Assembly: GCA_002269645.1 (NCBI GenBank)
Contig: NIVC01003189.1
Location: 1 to 55,822 of the forward strand
DNA from: Macrostomum lignano
Lineage: Eukaryota
Length of the DNA: 55,822 nucleotides
Direction: 5' to 3'
Shown: positions 12,377 to 26,775 of the stretch, one piece after another
Numbering within the stretch: the stretch's first letter is position 1
How the letters are laid out: the number at the start of each line of letters is the position of its first letter
The notes under the pieces: model-generated
The model's input: the letters and a program-made list of their open reading frames with translations, nothing else
The model's database searches: none
Told to the model about the DNA's origin: nothing
Made by a program: the position numbers and the translations under genes

Positions 12377-13455
12377 ACAAACAAGATTTTTAACTCCATC
12401 TACGCGCTCGTAGTTGCGTGAAATAACAAGAGGTTGTTAGCTCCATCTGGATACGTGAACCAACAAGAGGTTGTTAGCTCCATCTGGATGCGTGAACCGA
12501 CAAGAGGTTTTTCACTTCATCTGGATGCGTGAAGCAACAATAGGTTGCTAGATCCATCTGGATGCGTGAACCGACAAGAGGTTTTTCACTCCATCTGGAT
12601 GCGTGAACCAACAAGAGGTTGCTAGATCCATCTGGATGCGTTAACCAACAGAAGGTTGTTCACTCCATCTGGATACGTGAATCAACAATAGGTTGCTAGA
12701 TCCATCAGGATGCGTGAACCAACAAGAGGTTGCTAGATCCATCTGGATGCGTGAACCAACAAGAGGTTGCTAGATCCATCTGGATGCGTGAACCAACAAG
12801 AGGCTTTTCACTCCATCTGGATGCGTGAACCAACAAGAGGCTTTTCACTCCATCTGGATGCGTGAACCAACAAGAGGTTTTTCACTCCATCTGGATGCGT
12901 GAACCGACAAGAGGTTTTTCACTCCATCTGGATGCGTGAACCAACAAGAGGCTTTTCACTCCATCTGGATGCGTTAACCAACAGAAGGTTGTTAGCTCCA
13001 TCTGGATGCGTGAACCAACAAGAGGTTGCTAGATCCATCTGGATGCGTGAACCAACAAGAGGTTGCTAGATTCATCTGGATGCGTGAACCAACAATAGGT
13101 TGTTAGCTCCATCTGGATGCGTGAACCAACAAGAGGTTGCTAGATCCATCTGGATGCGTGAACCAACAAGAGGTTGCTAGATTCATCTGGATGCGTGAAC
13201 CAACAAGAGGTTGCTAGATCCATCTGGATGCGTGAACCAACAAGAGGTTGCTAGATCCATCTGGATGCGTGAACCAACAAGAGGTTGCTAGATCCATCTG
13301 GATGCGTGAACCAACAAGAGGTTGCTAGATCCATCTGGATGCGTGAACCAACAAGAGGCTTTTCACTTACTCTGGATGCGTGAACCGACAAGAGGTTTTT
13401 CACTCCATTTGGATGCGTTAACCAACAAAAGGTTTTTCACTCCATCTGGATGCGC
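12377..13455. repeat. Minisatellite, 37-38 bp unit (ccatctggatgcgtgaaccaacaagaggttgctagat)
   Basis: Period 37 measured (12721 to 12758). Confidence 0.95.
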
Positions 13456-14589
13456 ATTCAAGACGTGCGAGTGAGGGCTCCAGATTAAGGCACTAAATGG
13501 TGTCATAAAGATGGCGTCATATCAATATGAAGTATTCTATTCACGGTGGCTCCACGTATCCTTTTAAGGATTCTTCTAAGCGAAAATTGGTTTTTTCAGC
13601 AGCCGGCTTGCAGAAGTTCGTACTTTCAGGATAACCTGAATGTACATTGCGGTCTAATTTTAATTAAACTGAAGCATGGACTCCGCTTACCATACTTGTC
13701 CATGCTTAAGCGAGTTCTCGCAAGTTTTCCAAGACACAACGGTCTCCAAGAGCTTTTGAGCGCGTGTCCCAGCCAAAAACTATTCTCAACTCAACGCGGT
13801 GCGTGGGCTTTTTAGTGATCGCGTCCAATGTCACTTGTAAGACCGACTGCAGCTGACAGTTGCCTACTTGTTGAGCAGGCAGCTCAACTGTCAAGAACTC
13901 AGCGAAATAAATTGTATGCCTTTGTCTAGACACGAATTATACTCAGGGCAACATGGCAAGTGGTTTTAAGGGGTGCTCGAGCTTGGGGTCAATAATGGAC
14001 GGGCTTTTAAATGCAGCCTGGCTTCGCGCGACTCCAACCAGGCCTCCATCCAACCCCGAACTCCTGAGCGCTGAAATACGACGCCCAAGGGAATGCCGGA
14101 GACGACTCGCGATGCAAGTTATCCTGTCGTGGCGGAGTCCGCTTTCACCAGCGCCTCCCAGCTCAGAGCGGGTGGTGGGTGCTCAAAATTCGAGGCAATG
14201 CAAGAAAAAACTTTCTCCGCGGAACAGAAATTGCGCCGCCAGAAAAATTACCCACCCCCACTCATTTCGCGTTCTCTATAACCTGAATTTAGCTTTTAGC
14301 GTTTTACAATATAATGAAAAAAGTCTTAATGCACCGCTATGAGTAGAATTATGCGCGTATAGATATTCTTTTTTCTTTCTCAGTGGGCTACTGTTCTTGG
14401 TTAGGCCAAGCTCTATGCATCGCTGTTCATCAGGAGCCTGACGTTTTGAAAGTCGGAGAAAATTTACACCCTGGTCACCCGGGCGACAACAGGGGCTTAG
14501 TGCAGGGGTTGGCGAACTCCGGCCCGCGAAGCCTCTCTATCCGGCCCTCGGGTCCTTTGAAACTTCACAATGGCGATCCGGCCCGCTCA

Positions 14590-15340
14590 GGGCTTGTCTT
14601 TTCTCAGCTGTCTTTTCTCTAATCTCATATCTTCTCTTTTCTCTAGCCTCTCCCCTCCCTTCTCTCCCTTCTCTCCTTCTCTCCTCTCTCCTCCCTTTCT
14701 CCCTTCTCTCCTCTCTTCTCTTCTCCCCTCCCTTCTCTCCCTTCTTTCCCTTCTCTCCCTTCTCTCCCTTCTCTCCCTTCTTTCCCTTCTCTCCCTTCTC
14801 TCCCTTCTCGCCCTTCTCTTCTGTCTCCTCTCCTCTCCCCTCCCTTCTTTCCCTTCTCTCCCTTCTTTCGCTTCTCTCCCTTCTTTCCCTTCTCTCCCTT
14901 CTTTCCCTTCTCTCCCTTCTTTCCCTTCTCTCCCTTCTTTCTCTTCTCTCCCTTCTCTCCCTTCTCTTCTCTCTCCTCTCCTCTCCCTTCCCTTCTCTCC
15001 CTTCTCTCCTCTCTTCTCTTCTCCCCTCCCTTCTCTCCCTTCTCTCCCTTCTCTCTTCTCCCCTCCCTTCTCTCCCTTCTCTCCCTTCTCTCCCTTCTCT
15101 CCCTTCTCTCTTATCCCCTCCCTTCTCTCCCTTCTCTCCCTTCTCTCCCTTCTCTCCCTTCTCTCTTCTCCCCTCCCTTCTCTCCCTTCTCTCCCTTCTC
15201 TCCCTTCTCTCCCTTCTCTCCTCTCCTCTCCCCTCCCCTCCTTCTCTCCTCTCTCCTCTCCTCTCCTCTCCTCTCTTCTCTTCTCCCCTCCCTTCTCTCC
15301 CTTCTCTTCTCCCTCCTCTCCTCTCTTCTCCTGTATTTTC
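14590..15340. repeat. Pyrimidine-rich low-complexity tract (ctctcccttct)n
   Basis: Almost purely C/T. Confidence 0.93.
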
Positions 15341-16020
15341 TCAAGTCCTCCACTTATCTCTCTTCTCTATTCCCTCACCTCTCTCCCCTCCTCTTGTCCG
15401 CAGTCATGCGCTAGATTCTCAATCTGATCCTTCAAGTAAAGTTTGCCGACCCCTTGGTTGGCGCCAGCCCCCAGAAAACCGGCTAGCTAGTAGCGACATA
15501 GCTAAGCCATTCAGAATGTCACACAAGTCAGTCGCATTAGATACTAAAAAGACAAGAGTTGCTAATTCAGTTAAAAAATTTCCATACTTCATACCGGATT
15601 TGCGCGAGTTTCACTTAATGACTGCACTAGTGGATCAATTTTGATAATTGCTGCTCCAATTAAAAGCTCTGAATTCATCCCTATTATCTCTCTAGCGCTA
15701 CTCATGGAATCTATGCAATTCTAACTAGATATATGCCGTGTTCTAAATCCAGGCCCTACACAGTGTAGCATCAGACATCAACAGCCTCATCGACAAGCTG
15801 CAAACACATCGTTGTCAAACAGAGAGAGAAGTTTGGAGCGCAAAGACGGGAGACACGCACTGAAAGAGTCAAGGATGCATAGAAAGCACCAGGAGAGCTG
15901 CTCCGAGCGTATATTAAAGGGAATCATGGTGACAGCAGGCCCATGGCGTCGGGAGAGCCATCAATCACGGCGCTGAGGGCGAGGGCGAGGCTCCGCCCTC
16001 GAGCTAGTAGTTGCCCAGCG

Positions 16021-16025
<5 letters not shown>

Positions 16026-16073
<48 letters not shown>

Positions 16074-16082
16074 AGAGAGAGA
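16026..16082. repeat. (GA)n microsatellite
   Basis: Direct observation; a shorter (GA)n lies at about 8458-8482. Confidence 0.95.
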
Positions 16083-16799
16083 CCGACCTGCTCTCGATCG
16101 AGTCGGACAAGGGGGAGCCGAGCGCTCTCCGCCTTCTCGCAACTGCTTTGGCGTCAATGTGGCACCCTACAATGGCCTGTGCGCCTTCCCAACTCTGCCT
16201 CCCAGCTGGCGACTTCATTTCATGATGAAAATGATTTGGGGTCTCTCTCTCTCCCTCTCCCTCCCTCTCTGACGCTTTCTGATCACGTCGAGGGCAGCTG
16301 CTGAGGGGGGGGGGTTGGTTGAGGCAGGGACACCGGCAGCGGGAATAAAAAAAATTATAATAAATCCCCTTTTCATAGCCAACGAGGCGGCTGCCATAAA
16401 TCCAGACCCAGTGGGCCTCTGCACAAATTATTTATGATGATTATGTATTAGCTTGCACCTCGCAGTTGCCGTACATGATTATAAAAACTTCGATTATATG
16501 AATTGATTTACATGGAGATTGACTTTTCTGACCCTGCTAGCGTGAATTAGATAAATAGTGGAGAAACATTGGATTGACTTACAGGCGGACATAACGGATT
16601 TGAAGGCTAATTCAAATTCTCTAATAACAATAACTTTTCTTCCCATTCACCTGTGCCCTCATCTTAAATTTCATAATTAATGAATAAGAAATTCGGGAAT
16701 GTCAATTTTTTCAAACACAATTGAGCTTTGCAAAGAAAACTCTATACCTGAGAATTATAAATAATTAAAGAAATTCTCCTCTAACAATCCTATCAGTGA

Positions 16800-17200
16800 T
16801 AATCCTCTGTTCGGGGGAATCCATTGGGGGAATCCTCCGGTCATGGGAATTCCATTGGGGGAATCCTCCTGTCATGGGAATTCCATTGGGGGAACCTTCG
16901 TTTGGGTGAATCCCATTTGGTAATCCTCTATTCGGGGGAATCCCATTGGGGGAATCCTTTGCTAGGCGAAATCCAATCGGGGGAATCCTCTGCTCGGGTG
17001 AATCCCATTGTGGCAATCCTCTGCTCGTTGGAATCCCATTGGGGGAATCCTCTGCTCGGGTGAATTCCATTGTGGCAATCCACTGCTCGTTGGAATCCCA
17101 TTGGGGGATCCTCTGTTCGGGGCCATTGGGAGAATCCCATTGGGGGGATCCTGTTGCTGAATCCTCTGCTCGGGGGAATCCATTGTATGAAAAAATGCTG
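16800..17200. repeat. Degenerate minisatellite (gggggaatcctctgttcgggggaatcccatt-like)
   Basis: Recurring gaatcc / cattggggg motifs. Confidence 0.85.
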
Positions 17201-18033
17201 GGAATCCCACTTTTTTAAAGCCTGCTACGATAGCGTTTTTTCAATTTTCAACTTGCAACACACAATGAGTTCATTCATGAAATGCGTCATGGCGAAGCGC
17301 TATTGAACACAAGGACCACTAAAAACACTTCATTATAGCATAGTCTAGTAGTCCTTGATAAAATATTGAGCAATTAATATTGAGCTCAAAGCTTGTTCCA
17401 CGTTGAACGTCTGGCGCTTAACTAAGCGGAAAATCCTCTTCACCCAGGGGATTTTGTCCCCTTTTTGTCTCTCTCTCTCTCTCTCACCTTTTGATTTCCC
17501 AAAAAAATCTTTTCACACACCCGGTCCTTGCCTCTGCTTTCGCCTACTTCTCTCGGCTCGCTTCACTCGCCACTTTTATAGATGGAACGAGATTTCGTTG
17601 CCAGGGAATTAAGGCCGGGGTGGCAACAAAGGAAAACGGAAAGAAGCGGCAAATTCCCAGCTGGTTCGATGGGAATTGCTGGCTGTCTGCCTGCCCTTCA
17701 TCCTGGGTTTTTAATCGTCCTGAGGCAAGACGGAGAGGTGAGCCCATCACCCTGCCTCGGCAAGTCACTTCCCAACTTTTCCCCTTCCGCAGCTGGCAAT
17801 TTCTGCTTCTTTGCTCTCGCCGACAGCCATTATTTAATCCTGCTGGGGATTACCATCAGCCCGCTGCCTGCTGCCTGCCTGCGCCCGGCTTCCCTTCACA
17901 GACTGGAAATTTTCACTGCCTGCGCCTTGCCTCTGCTTCCGCGGCTTCTGTTCAAACTTGCTTTGTTAGTTTGAGTCAGTTTGAGAAGGAAACGGACTGC
18001 ATGCGAGGCAGTTATAATTGATCATAATATGCA

Positions 18034-18532
18034 TCTATCCATGTAGATCTGCAGTCACTACAGCTAGAGCTCTGATCTATCAATGTGTAGATCTGCAGTC
18101 ACTACAGCTAGAGCTCTGATCTATCCATGTAGATCTGCAGTCACTACAGCAAGAGCTCTGATCTATCAATGTGTAGATCTGCAGTCACTACAGCTAGAGC
18201 TCTGATCTATCAATGTGTAGATCTGCAGTCACTACAACTAGAGCTCTGATCTATCAATGTGTAGATCTGCAGTCACTACAGCTAGAGCTCTGATCTATCA
18301 ATGTAGATCTGCAGTCACTACAGCTAGAGCTCTGATCTATCAATGTGTAGATCTGCAGTCACTACAGCTAGAGCTCTGATCTATCAATGTGTAGATCTGC
18401 AGTCACTACAGCTAGAGCTCTGATCTATCAATGTGTAGATCTGCAGTCACTACAGCTAGAGCTCTGATCTATCCATGTAGATCTGCAGTCACTACAGCTA
18501 GAGCTCTGATCTATCAATGTAGATCTGCAGTC
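18034..18532. repeat. Minisatellite, 42-44 bp unit (tagatctgcagtcactacagctagagctctgatctatcaatgtg)
   Basis: Period 44 measured (18181 to 18225); internal tagatc...gatcta dyad. Confidence 0.95.
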
Positions 18533-19459
18533 AGAAGGTACTGTTGATAGCATTTTTGCTATTAGAAATTCGTAGAAAAAAGAACTTTTGCCACGCAAAC
18601 CCTGTCTGAATCTCGGTTTAATTCAGTAGTTTTCGAATGCAAGGCTAGTAGTGCACTGCGGCTTGCTGTTTAGTGGCCATCAGCCTGGCGTGTCTGCGCG
18701 CGTCAAAAACCGAATCGAGTCGGAGCTACTCTCGAACAAATCGAATGACCATGAAGCAGCAGCAGCACAGGAGTGCCTGGAGTGCCTGGAGACTGTCGGG
18801 GCCATATAATCCGCACAATTCGATCTTAGAGGCAACTGTTTCCCAGCGGTGGCGTGCCCCAGCTCCCAAAATGAGATTATTAGTTTTTGCCATTTGCTCT
18901 CGAATGTAGAGGGTTGGGCCATGCGGTATCAGGCAGGCAGCGAGATGGCGCATGAACTTTCTTATCTATTGGCGTGGCGCACTGCAACTGCAGGCTGCCT
19001 TATTGCACGGCCCGAGGCCTGTACGCCAATGCTTCGGGCCCACTGGTCCGTCCCTAATAAACTTGAATAATTCAAAATAAGCGAAAGCGCCAAGCTCAGC
19101 TCAGCTCTCCAGCTGTAGTTACTATGCAAATCCCGGGATGCCCTCGCTGTCATGTCCGATAAATCGGCAGGCAGGCAGTGGGGTGGGGGGTGGGGGTGGG
19201 GGGTGGGTCAGCCTTCATCTCTTATCATTTTCCCAAGCCAGATTTCTCCAGACGCTCGATGCAGATTTCGCATTCCCAGAAGCGACGTACGAGCGTAGTC
19301 TGCCGTTTTAAATTGAATTTTTTAAGTGAATCCCATCTCCTAAATTCAGTTTTGAGCCCCAGTTTCTGCCCTTGTTCTTGGCCCAGATTGCCTCCCTAGC
19401 GGTCTTGGCTTGCCAGCCTGGTAACTGACAGCTCTGCATGGCTGCATTTGGCTGGCTGT

Positions 19460-20344
19460 GTCACTGACAGCCACTTCTTTGCGACTGTTCAGTCACTGAC
19501 AGTCACTTCTATGCGATTGTTCGGTCACTGAGAGTCACTTCTATGCGATTGTTCGGTCACTGAGAGTCACTTCTATGCGATTGTTCGGTCACTGAGAGTC
19601 ACTTCTATGCGATTGTTCGGTCACTGAGAGTCACTTCTATGCGATTGTTCGGTCACTGAGAGTCACTTCTATGCGATTGTTCGGTCACTGAGAGTCACTT
19701 CTATGCAATTGTTCGGTCACTGAGAGTCACTTCTATGCGATTGTTCGGTCACTGAGAGTCACTTCTATGCGATTGTTCGGTCACTGAGAGTCACTTCTAT
19801 GCGATTGTTCGGTCACTGAGAGTCACTTCTATGCGATTTTTCGGTCACTGAGAGTCACTTCTATGCGATTGTTCAGTCACTGACAGTCACTTCTTTGCGA
19901 CTGTTCAGTCACTGACAGTCACTTCTATGCGATTTTTCGGTCACTGACAGTCACCTCTATGCGATTTTTCGGTCACTGAGAGTCACTTCTATGCGATTGT
20001 TCAGTCACTGACAGTCACTTCTATGCGATTGTTCGGTCACTGACAGTCACTTCTTTGCGGCTGTTCAGTCACTGACAGCCACTTCTTTGCGGCTGTTCAG
20101 TCACTGACAGTCACTTCTATGCGATTGTTCGGTCACTGAGAGTCACTTCTATGCGATTGTTCGGTCACTGAGAGTCACTTCTATGCGATTGTTCGGTCAC
20201 TGACAGCCACTTCTATGCGATTGTTCGGTCACTGAGAGTCACTTCTATGCGATTGTTCGGTCACTGACAGCCACTTCTATGCGATTGTTCGGTCACTGAC
20301 AGTCACTTCTATGCGATTGTTCGGTCACTGACAGTCACTTCTAT
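19460..20344. repeat. Minisatellite, 32 bp unit (gtcacttctatgcgattgttcggtcactgaga)
   Basis: Period 32 measured (19501 to 19533). Confidence 0.96.
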
Positions 20345-22235
20345 GGTTCGGACTTCTCAGCGATGAAGGCAAGTGGCAAACAACTTACTGACCCACAGAA
20401 ACGAGAGTCCGGGTACATTTTGAACGCGTGAAGCTGCAACTTCAGACTTGCTCACTATAAGCATTTTTCTAGTTAAGAGCCAGGCAGAGAATAGGGCAAG
20501 CGGGGCAGGCACATGAGTGCCATAGAAAGCGGATTAGAAGAAGCACTCTGGGTCAGACCAAGTGTGGCTCTCGATTATCATGGCCCATCATTTCTAAAAG
20601 TGGTCTCGCTGTCCAGCCCAGAGAAAGTTTATCCCCTACGCCCTGGAAATGGTTGCAATAAGCAAATGAGGCAGGCCGGCATTGGCCCCGGCTGCAGCCA
20701 AAAGGCCGATTCCTGGGGGAAAAGTTCTCCTATTCCTCCCTGCCACTCCACTCTGCCTTCTCTACCCAGTCCGTGCAGCTTCTCCTCCCACAGCATTAAA
20801 ATATTGGCTTAATGACCGTCCCAGCCGGGCAACCATCATTCTAGGAAAATGAAAACTGCAAAACATTTCTCCCCTGCCGCTGCAACTGCAGAGTAAAGCA
20901 TTGCATGCTCGGAATGCAGCTGCGGCTCTTCATCATCATTTACAGCGTAGAGACGGAGACTGAGCATTCGCCGTCTGCCTTGTCTCTCTCTCCTTCTTTC
21001 CTCGTCTCTATTGCCTACCCAGTAATAAAATAGAAATTTGAGGGAGGCAGAGAGAGACAAGCGGAGAAAGTAGCTGTCGAGCTACATGCAGGGAGGTGGG
21101 CGCAGGACGCAGCTGCTGGGAAATGTCTGCTCGGTTTTGCGAGCACGGGTTCAGGTTCTCGAGTATCCGGCAAGATCTAGCCTACGGATCAGTTGAAGAA
21201 ACTTAACCGATAACAAATTTTGAGAGTCCAGCAGGTGGGACGGTCGAAATCTGGGGATTTTCTAGGGGTTTTTCGAATGCCCTGGATACTCTGGATGAAT
21301 AATTATTATAGTCAGTTTTTTTCGTCTTCCCAGGGAAGCTTTGCGTGCTGACGCAACTTAGGCAACAGTGAAGCCGCAAGGCATCGTGTGTGCAAATACG
21401 ATTCGCACAGACTTCGCACGCGCTCTATACGCCGTGTTGGTTGGCAGGCCTTCATTAGCAAACACATCTCACCGAATTACGAATGCGCATCAGAAATACA
21501 GAGTGGGGCATAGCGGACAGGAAATGGACTTGGATTATTACTAATTTGCCCCAATTGACAGACAATTAAATTCTATTACTCTCATTTCTGGGGCCAACAT
21601 CGCTGTTGGTTTTACGACTGACTGCATGCGGCGGCCCAGAGCAAGACAGCGGAAGCAGGCGCATGCAGCCGTTAATACTATAGCTATAAATAATAAAAAA
21701 CACACAGCAAGATGAGAATCGATACGACTGTGCCCACTTGTGCTCCTGCATCTGCGCCACGGGCAACGGCGCATTCTATAAGCACTGTACGAGCAAGGAA
21801 CAGCGACACAAAGGTTGGGTGGCTGTTGGCTGCATGTCAGCGGCACAAAGAAGGAAGCCTGAAAAATTTGTGTGTGTGCGGCACGACTCGCTCTCGGGGG
21901 TAAAAAGAGGACAGGCATAGTGATATTCTTATGGAAAATGGGAATTGATAGAGAGAGAGACATGGTAGGGCCGGAAGGTGCGATGAGGGTTTTGAGGGAG
22001 AAGATTACTCATTCACACGCACACAATTAAAGCTAATGCTAACAATGCACTCAGCAAGACCTGCTCAAGACAGCTTGTCCTAAGCGATCTTTTATTAATT
22101 ATGCAGTGTCGCTTCTCAAGACACCCCATGGCCCTCCTGGCTCCGACTGCGCGTCAAACTGACGTCAAGCCTTGACAACCAATAGACCCTGGGGACTCAT
22201 CAGTAATCCAGTGTGTGCTCCCCCCCCGAACTTAC

Positions 22236-22311
22236 TGAGCAGGTCGATCTGCGGATCCACGACCGAGTACTTTCTCATCCTGGTGTGCGCCGGCTTGGCC
22301 TCTGGCGCCAT
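22236..22311 (-). CDS. Candidate alternative first coding exon of stomatin (MAPEAKPAHTRMRKYSVVDPQIDLL)
   Basis: gccATGg context, 25 codons + 1 nt, donor gtaagt, phase 1. Confidence 0.55.
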
Positions 22312-22631
22312 GGCGATCGGTGCAGTCGGAGTGAGGCTATGGAGCTGTTAACACGCGCCGACGTTATGACGAATGGTGCGGCCCAATGCCCAGTGGCATT
22401 GCTCAGCTCGGGTGCTAAGATAAACACTTGGGACTCGAGGCCGCTTTTTATCAACTGGATTGTCTCGCTATCGTCCTCCGGCCCTCACTGCCCGGGCCGG
22501 GCCGCCTTGTCCCCCCGCTATCTATCCCCAGCCTCCCAGGGATTCTCTCCAATCCTTGGCAATCTCAGCCTCCCATTGGGTTGGGCCAATCCCTGAGCAG
22601 GTATGAAGGAGGGATGGGATGCAGCTTGGGA

Positions 22632-22734
<103 letters not shown>

Positions 22735-23049
22735 CGGGGGGTAACCCTCGCTCTTTTTTGTCTCGTCGAAGTGTTATAGTAGCCAAGTCCGATACACCCT
22801 ACTTGTGGCAGTAGCCGCTACAGAAAACATTAGGTCTGATAAACGACCCCTGTTTCCACGGAAAATATCCGAGACCTTCAGTCATCAGTTTCGGCTGCAG
22901 AGTCAATTTAGCAGGCCGGTAAGAAAATTGAGACTGTTTCCAAGAAATCACTTGCGCGGCACTTTTCAGCAACCCCGTGGGATTTCGAGGCCAAACTCGA
23001 TTTCTCCTAGGTTTTCTACCGCTTGGGTGAGCTGGGGAAGTCTAAATTC

Positions 23050-23690
23050 CTGACTGACTGACTGACTGACTGACTGACTGACTGACTGACTGACTGACTG
23101 ACTGACTGACTGACTGACTGACTGACTGACTGACTGACTGACTGACTGACTGACTGACTGACTGACTGACTGACTGACTGACTGACTGACTGACTGACTG
23201 ACTGACTGACTGACTGACTGACTGACTGACTGACTGACTGACTGACTGACTGACTGACTGACTGACTGACTGACTGACTGACTGACTGACTGACTGACTG
23301 ACTGACTGACTGACTGACTGACTGACTGACTGACTGACTGACTGACTGACTTGAGTAATTGGGTGACTGACTGACTGACTGACTTGAGTGATTGGGTGAC
23401 TGACTGACTGACTGACTTGAGTGATTGGGTGACTGACTGACTGACTGACTTGAGTGATTGGGTGACTACTGACTGACTGACTTGAGTGATTGGGTGACTA
23501 CTGACTGACTGACTTGAGTGATTGGGTGACTGACTGACTGACTGACTTGAGTGATTGGGTGACTGACTGACTGACTGACTTGAGTGATTGGGTGACTACT
23601 GACTGACTGACTTGAGTGATTGAGTGACTGACTGACTGACTGACTTGAGTGATTGGGTGACTGACTGACTGACTGACTGACTGACTGACT
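23050..23690. repeat. (CTGA)n microsatellite (~300 bp) grading into a compound gactgact/tgagtgattgggt array
   Basis: Direct observation. Confidence 0.96.
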
Positions 23691-24714
23691 CGAGTGGGTG
23701 AGTGGCTCAGTGATTTATATTGCTGCTGACACATTAAAGCACCAGCATGATGAGGCTATAAACTGAGCAGTACTTGCCGATCCGTTGCTGCTGTTGCGGC
23801 TGCTGCATGCTGCCCAATCTTGCGGGACTTCCCAAACAGTTCCCTGTGTTTAGTCCATGCACGGTCAAGCCGTCAATTCTTCCTCTTTCAAACTATTTAT
23901 ACGTGAATTCACTTTTTCTGCGACGGACTTCATCTTGACTTGAAAATCAGCTGGCGACGCGGGCGGACAGGGGAAGCACCTGTCAGGACTCGTTCTCTTT
24001 GAAGGATTTGTGGCAGCAGCTGCAGCAGCAGCAGAAGCGGGTGGCACGAGACCAGCGTCCACGTCGCGCCCCTGGACACCCCGCCAATGTGGCAGGAGCT
24101 CCGTGCGTCCCTGCCATCGACGGGGTGACGAATTGGTCTCACCTCCGGGTATGCAGCCTGGGAGAGCTGTCCCCCAACGTTGGGTTGGCGGTGGATGGCG
24201 GTTTTTACAGCGTAAGTCGGTCTGCGGAGGAGCCCTGCGCACCGGGACTCGGGTCCCCACGCTCTCTGGCCACCCGCCGCAGGCCGCAAATTGGATTCCG
24301 CCGTCTACTGCCCGCCCGCGCAGGGTCAGCGCCCCGGCTGCATGGGGCTACGCCCCCGGTCCTATTAGCTACGTCTAGCTACAATGTCCGTGACCCGAAA
24401 AAGAAAGAAAGAAAGAAAGCAGCAGAAGCAGCAGAGCTTGGTTCGTCAAACGTCTGCATCACCCCAGGAACAGGGCGCAGGGAGGCTCTCCTTTTGTGTC
24501 TTCAATCAGCTCGTTTTGCTTAAGCTCGCCAGCCATGCAATATGCCATAAGCCGGGCCCCCGCAGCAGTCTCAGCTCAATCGTCATTGCGGATGGTAAAG
24601 CACTCGCGGTATCTTTGGCGACATTCCTAATTTAGAATATCAAAATCTGGACGCTTTGACTTTAAAGAAGAAAGCTTTTTACGGCATTACGGCCCTTTTT
24701 GCGAACCATTCAAA

Positions 24715-25145
24715 CAAGAGCAACTCAGTCTCAGCAACTCAGCCTCAACAACTCAGAAATCAGAAACTCAGCCTCAGCAAATAAGCCTCAGCAACTCAGC
24801 CTCAGCAACTCAGAAATCAGAAACTCAGCCTCAGCAAATGAGCCTCAGCAAATCAGCCTCAGCAAATCAGCCTCGGCAACCAGCCTCAGCAACTCAGCCT
24901 CAGCAACTCAGAAATCAGAAACTCAGCCTCAGCAAATCAGCCTCAGCAAATCAGCCTCAGCAAATCAGCCTCGGCAACCAGCCTCAGCAACTCAGCCTCA
25001 GCAAATGAGCCTCAGCAACTCAGCCTCAGCAACTCAGCCTCAGCAACTCAGCCTCAGCAACTCAGAAATCAGAAACTCAGCCTCAGCCTCAGCAACTCAG
25101 CCTCAGCAACTCACCCCTAGCAACTCAGCCTCAGCAACTCAACCG
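24715..25145. repeat. Short-unit repeat (cctcagcaactcag-like)
   Basis: Accounts for the Ser/Gln-rich ORF 24699-25229. Confidence 0.9.
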
Positions 25146-26210
25146 CTAACTCAAGCCACATTTTACAGTCGCAGCATCTCCAACATTCCAACAGCAGAAT
25201 TATCTAAGAATCATTTCGACCAACCTTAGGGCCAAAGTGATTTAAAAGCTACTTAGCAACGATTAGGGCTCTGCCTTCTGCGCCAGACTAGTTCAGCCGC
25301 GTGAGGGCGCAGTGAAAGGTATTACTAATGTATTACGATGGTTTAATAGGCGCGCACAGATCAAGGTAGAAATTGATTGCTGCACGGGAGCCAAGCTGAG
25401 CTCCCGCGCATTTAGGCTAATCGCTGAGAGACCCAAAAATTTATGCAGCTAAAGACAGACGCGGAGAGAAAGTGAACAACAAACTTCCTAAGAACCTTCA
25501 AGCCCCGAAGCCAGGCAGCTGACTCCGCCTGATAAACTCCTCTCAGCTGCCTTCCCCCGCTGAGAGGGAGGCAAAATGTGCCCCCCCCACAGAAGGTAAA
25601 CTGAAGAAACTAAGAAAGATAGGCAGACGGAGACAGAACGAAAGGAGACACCGCGAGGATGTCGTCAAGCCTTTCGGATCTGGCTATCTTTGCCCCCGCT
25701 TTTCGAAGCCAGAACAGCCCCTAGAAAAAAGAACGGCGACAAAGTGGAACGGAGCGAGACAATTTCGCAGAAATGCCTGCACTTTTGACGGGTGAATTTT
25801 ATAGAAACTACAGTAACCTTTTCCAGTCAATTTGTGAACTGAAAATTAGAGATAGATTTATGGCTGATCATTCTGATTAATCCTACTTTTTTTAAAGGCC
25901 AATCATACCATCATAGCTTAAGAGTATCTGAATGCAACACTTTTATTACAAAAATAATTGATTCAGGAAGGAACAAAAGAATTTTTTTCGCCTAATGCCA
26001 CTTGTGGGCATTTGCAACTTTGAGCTTCTGAAGAAAGTAATATGAAAATGGAACTTTCATGACACAAATTAGCTGTATTAAATACAACAGAGTAGCAGGT
26101 AGTGCTTGCGAAATTAAAAGAATTGTAATCTTCACTGCTCCAGATCAATTAATGTAATAATTATCTACGCAGTGTATCTTTTCTAGCTTACAGTTTTAAA
26201 TTATGTTATA

Positions 26211-26475
26211 CTACAGTGGTCCTTGTGAATGGCTACAGTGGTCCTTGTGAATGGCTACAGTGGTCCTTGTGAATGGCTACAGTGGTCCTTGTGAATGGCT
26301 ACAGTGGTCCTTGTGAATGGCTACAGTGGTCCTTGTGAATGGCTACATTGGTCCTTGTGAATGGCTACAGTGGTCCTTGTGAATGGCTACAGTGGTCCTT
26401 GCGAATGGCTACAGTGGTCCTTGTGAATGGCTACAGTGGTCCTTGTGAATGGCTACAGTTGTCCTTGTGAATGGG
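26211..26475. repeat. Minisatellite, 22 bp unit (ctacagtggtccttgtgaatgg)
   Basis: About 12 units, period 22. Confidence 0.95.
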
Positions 26476-26738
26476 TTGCGTTCGCGCCTCTGTACTTGTG
26501 CGTGCTCCGCCTCCTCGCTGATGTGGGTCGGCTACTAACGGTCGCCTGGTTATTTTTTGACAGAAACTCCACGAGAATCATGTTGGGTGAAATTGAAACT
26601 CAGTTTGGAAACCTCGCTAAGGAGGTGTGGTGTAATTGCAAGTTTTTTTGACATCCGAACTCTTCGGTAATCAGTTATAACTATCGGTGCCCAGAAGCTC
26701 GATAAAGCTGACGAAACAGCAAGCATCACGCCACTCAC

Positions 26739-26775
26739 GATAGTCGCAGATGTCCTTGTCGTCCATCGGCTTCAT
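26739..26775 (-). CDS. Candidate alternative first coding exon of stomatin (MKPMDDKDICDY)
   Basis: 12 codons + 1 nt, donor gtgagt, phase 1; in-frame stop upstream with no earlier ATG. Confidence 0.45.

Noticed and set aside
13706-13933. IVFGWDTRS resembles the phosphohexomutase G.DTR motif
   Set aside because: Isolated short match with no flanking similarity or splice support.
22245-22350. Hydrophobic plus-strand frame (EYFLILVCAGLASGAMAIGAVGV)
   Set aside because: Better explained as the antisense of the candidate stomatin first exon 22236-22311; no plus-strand gene context.
23865-24523. Overlapping 120-170 aa ORFs in a GC-rich island
   Set aside because: No recognisable domain; GC-rich DNA is open in many frames; starts are mostly non-ATG.
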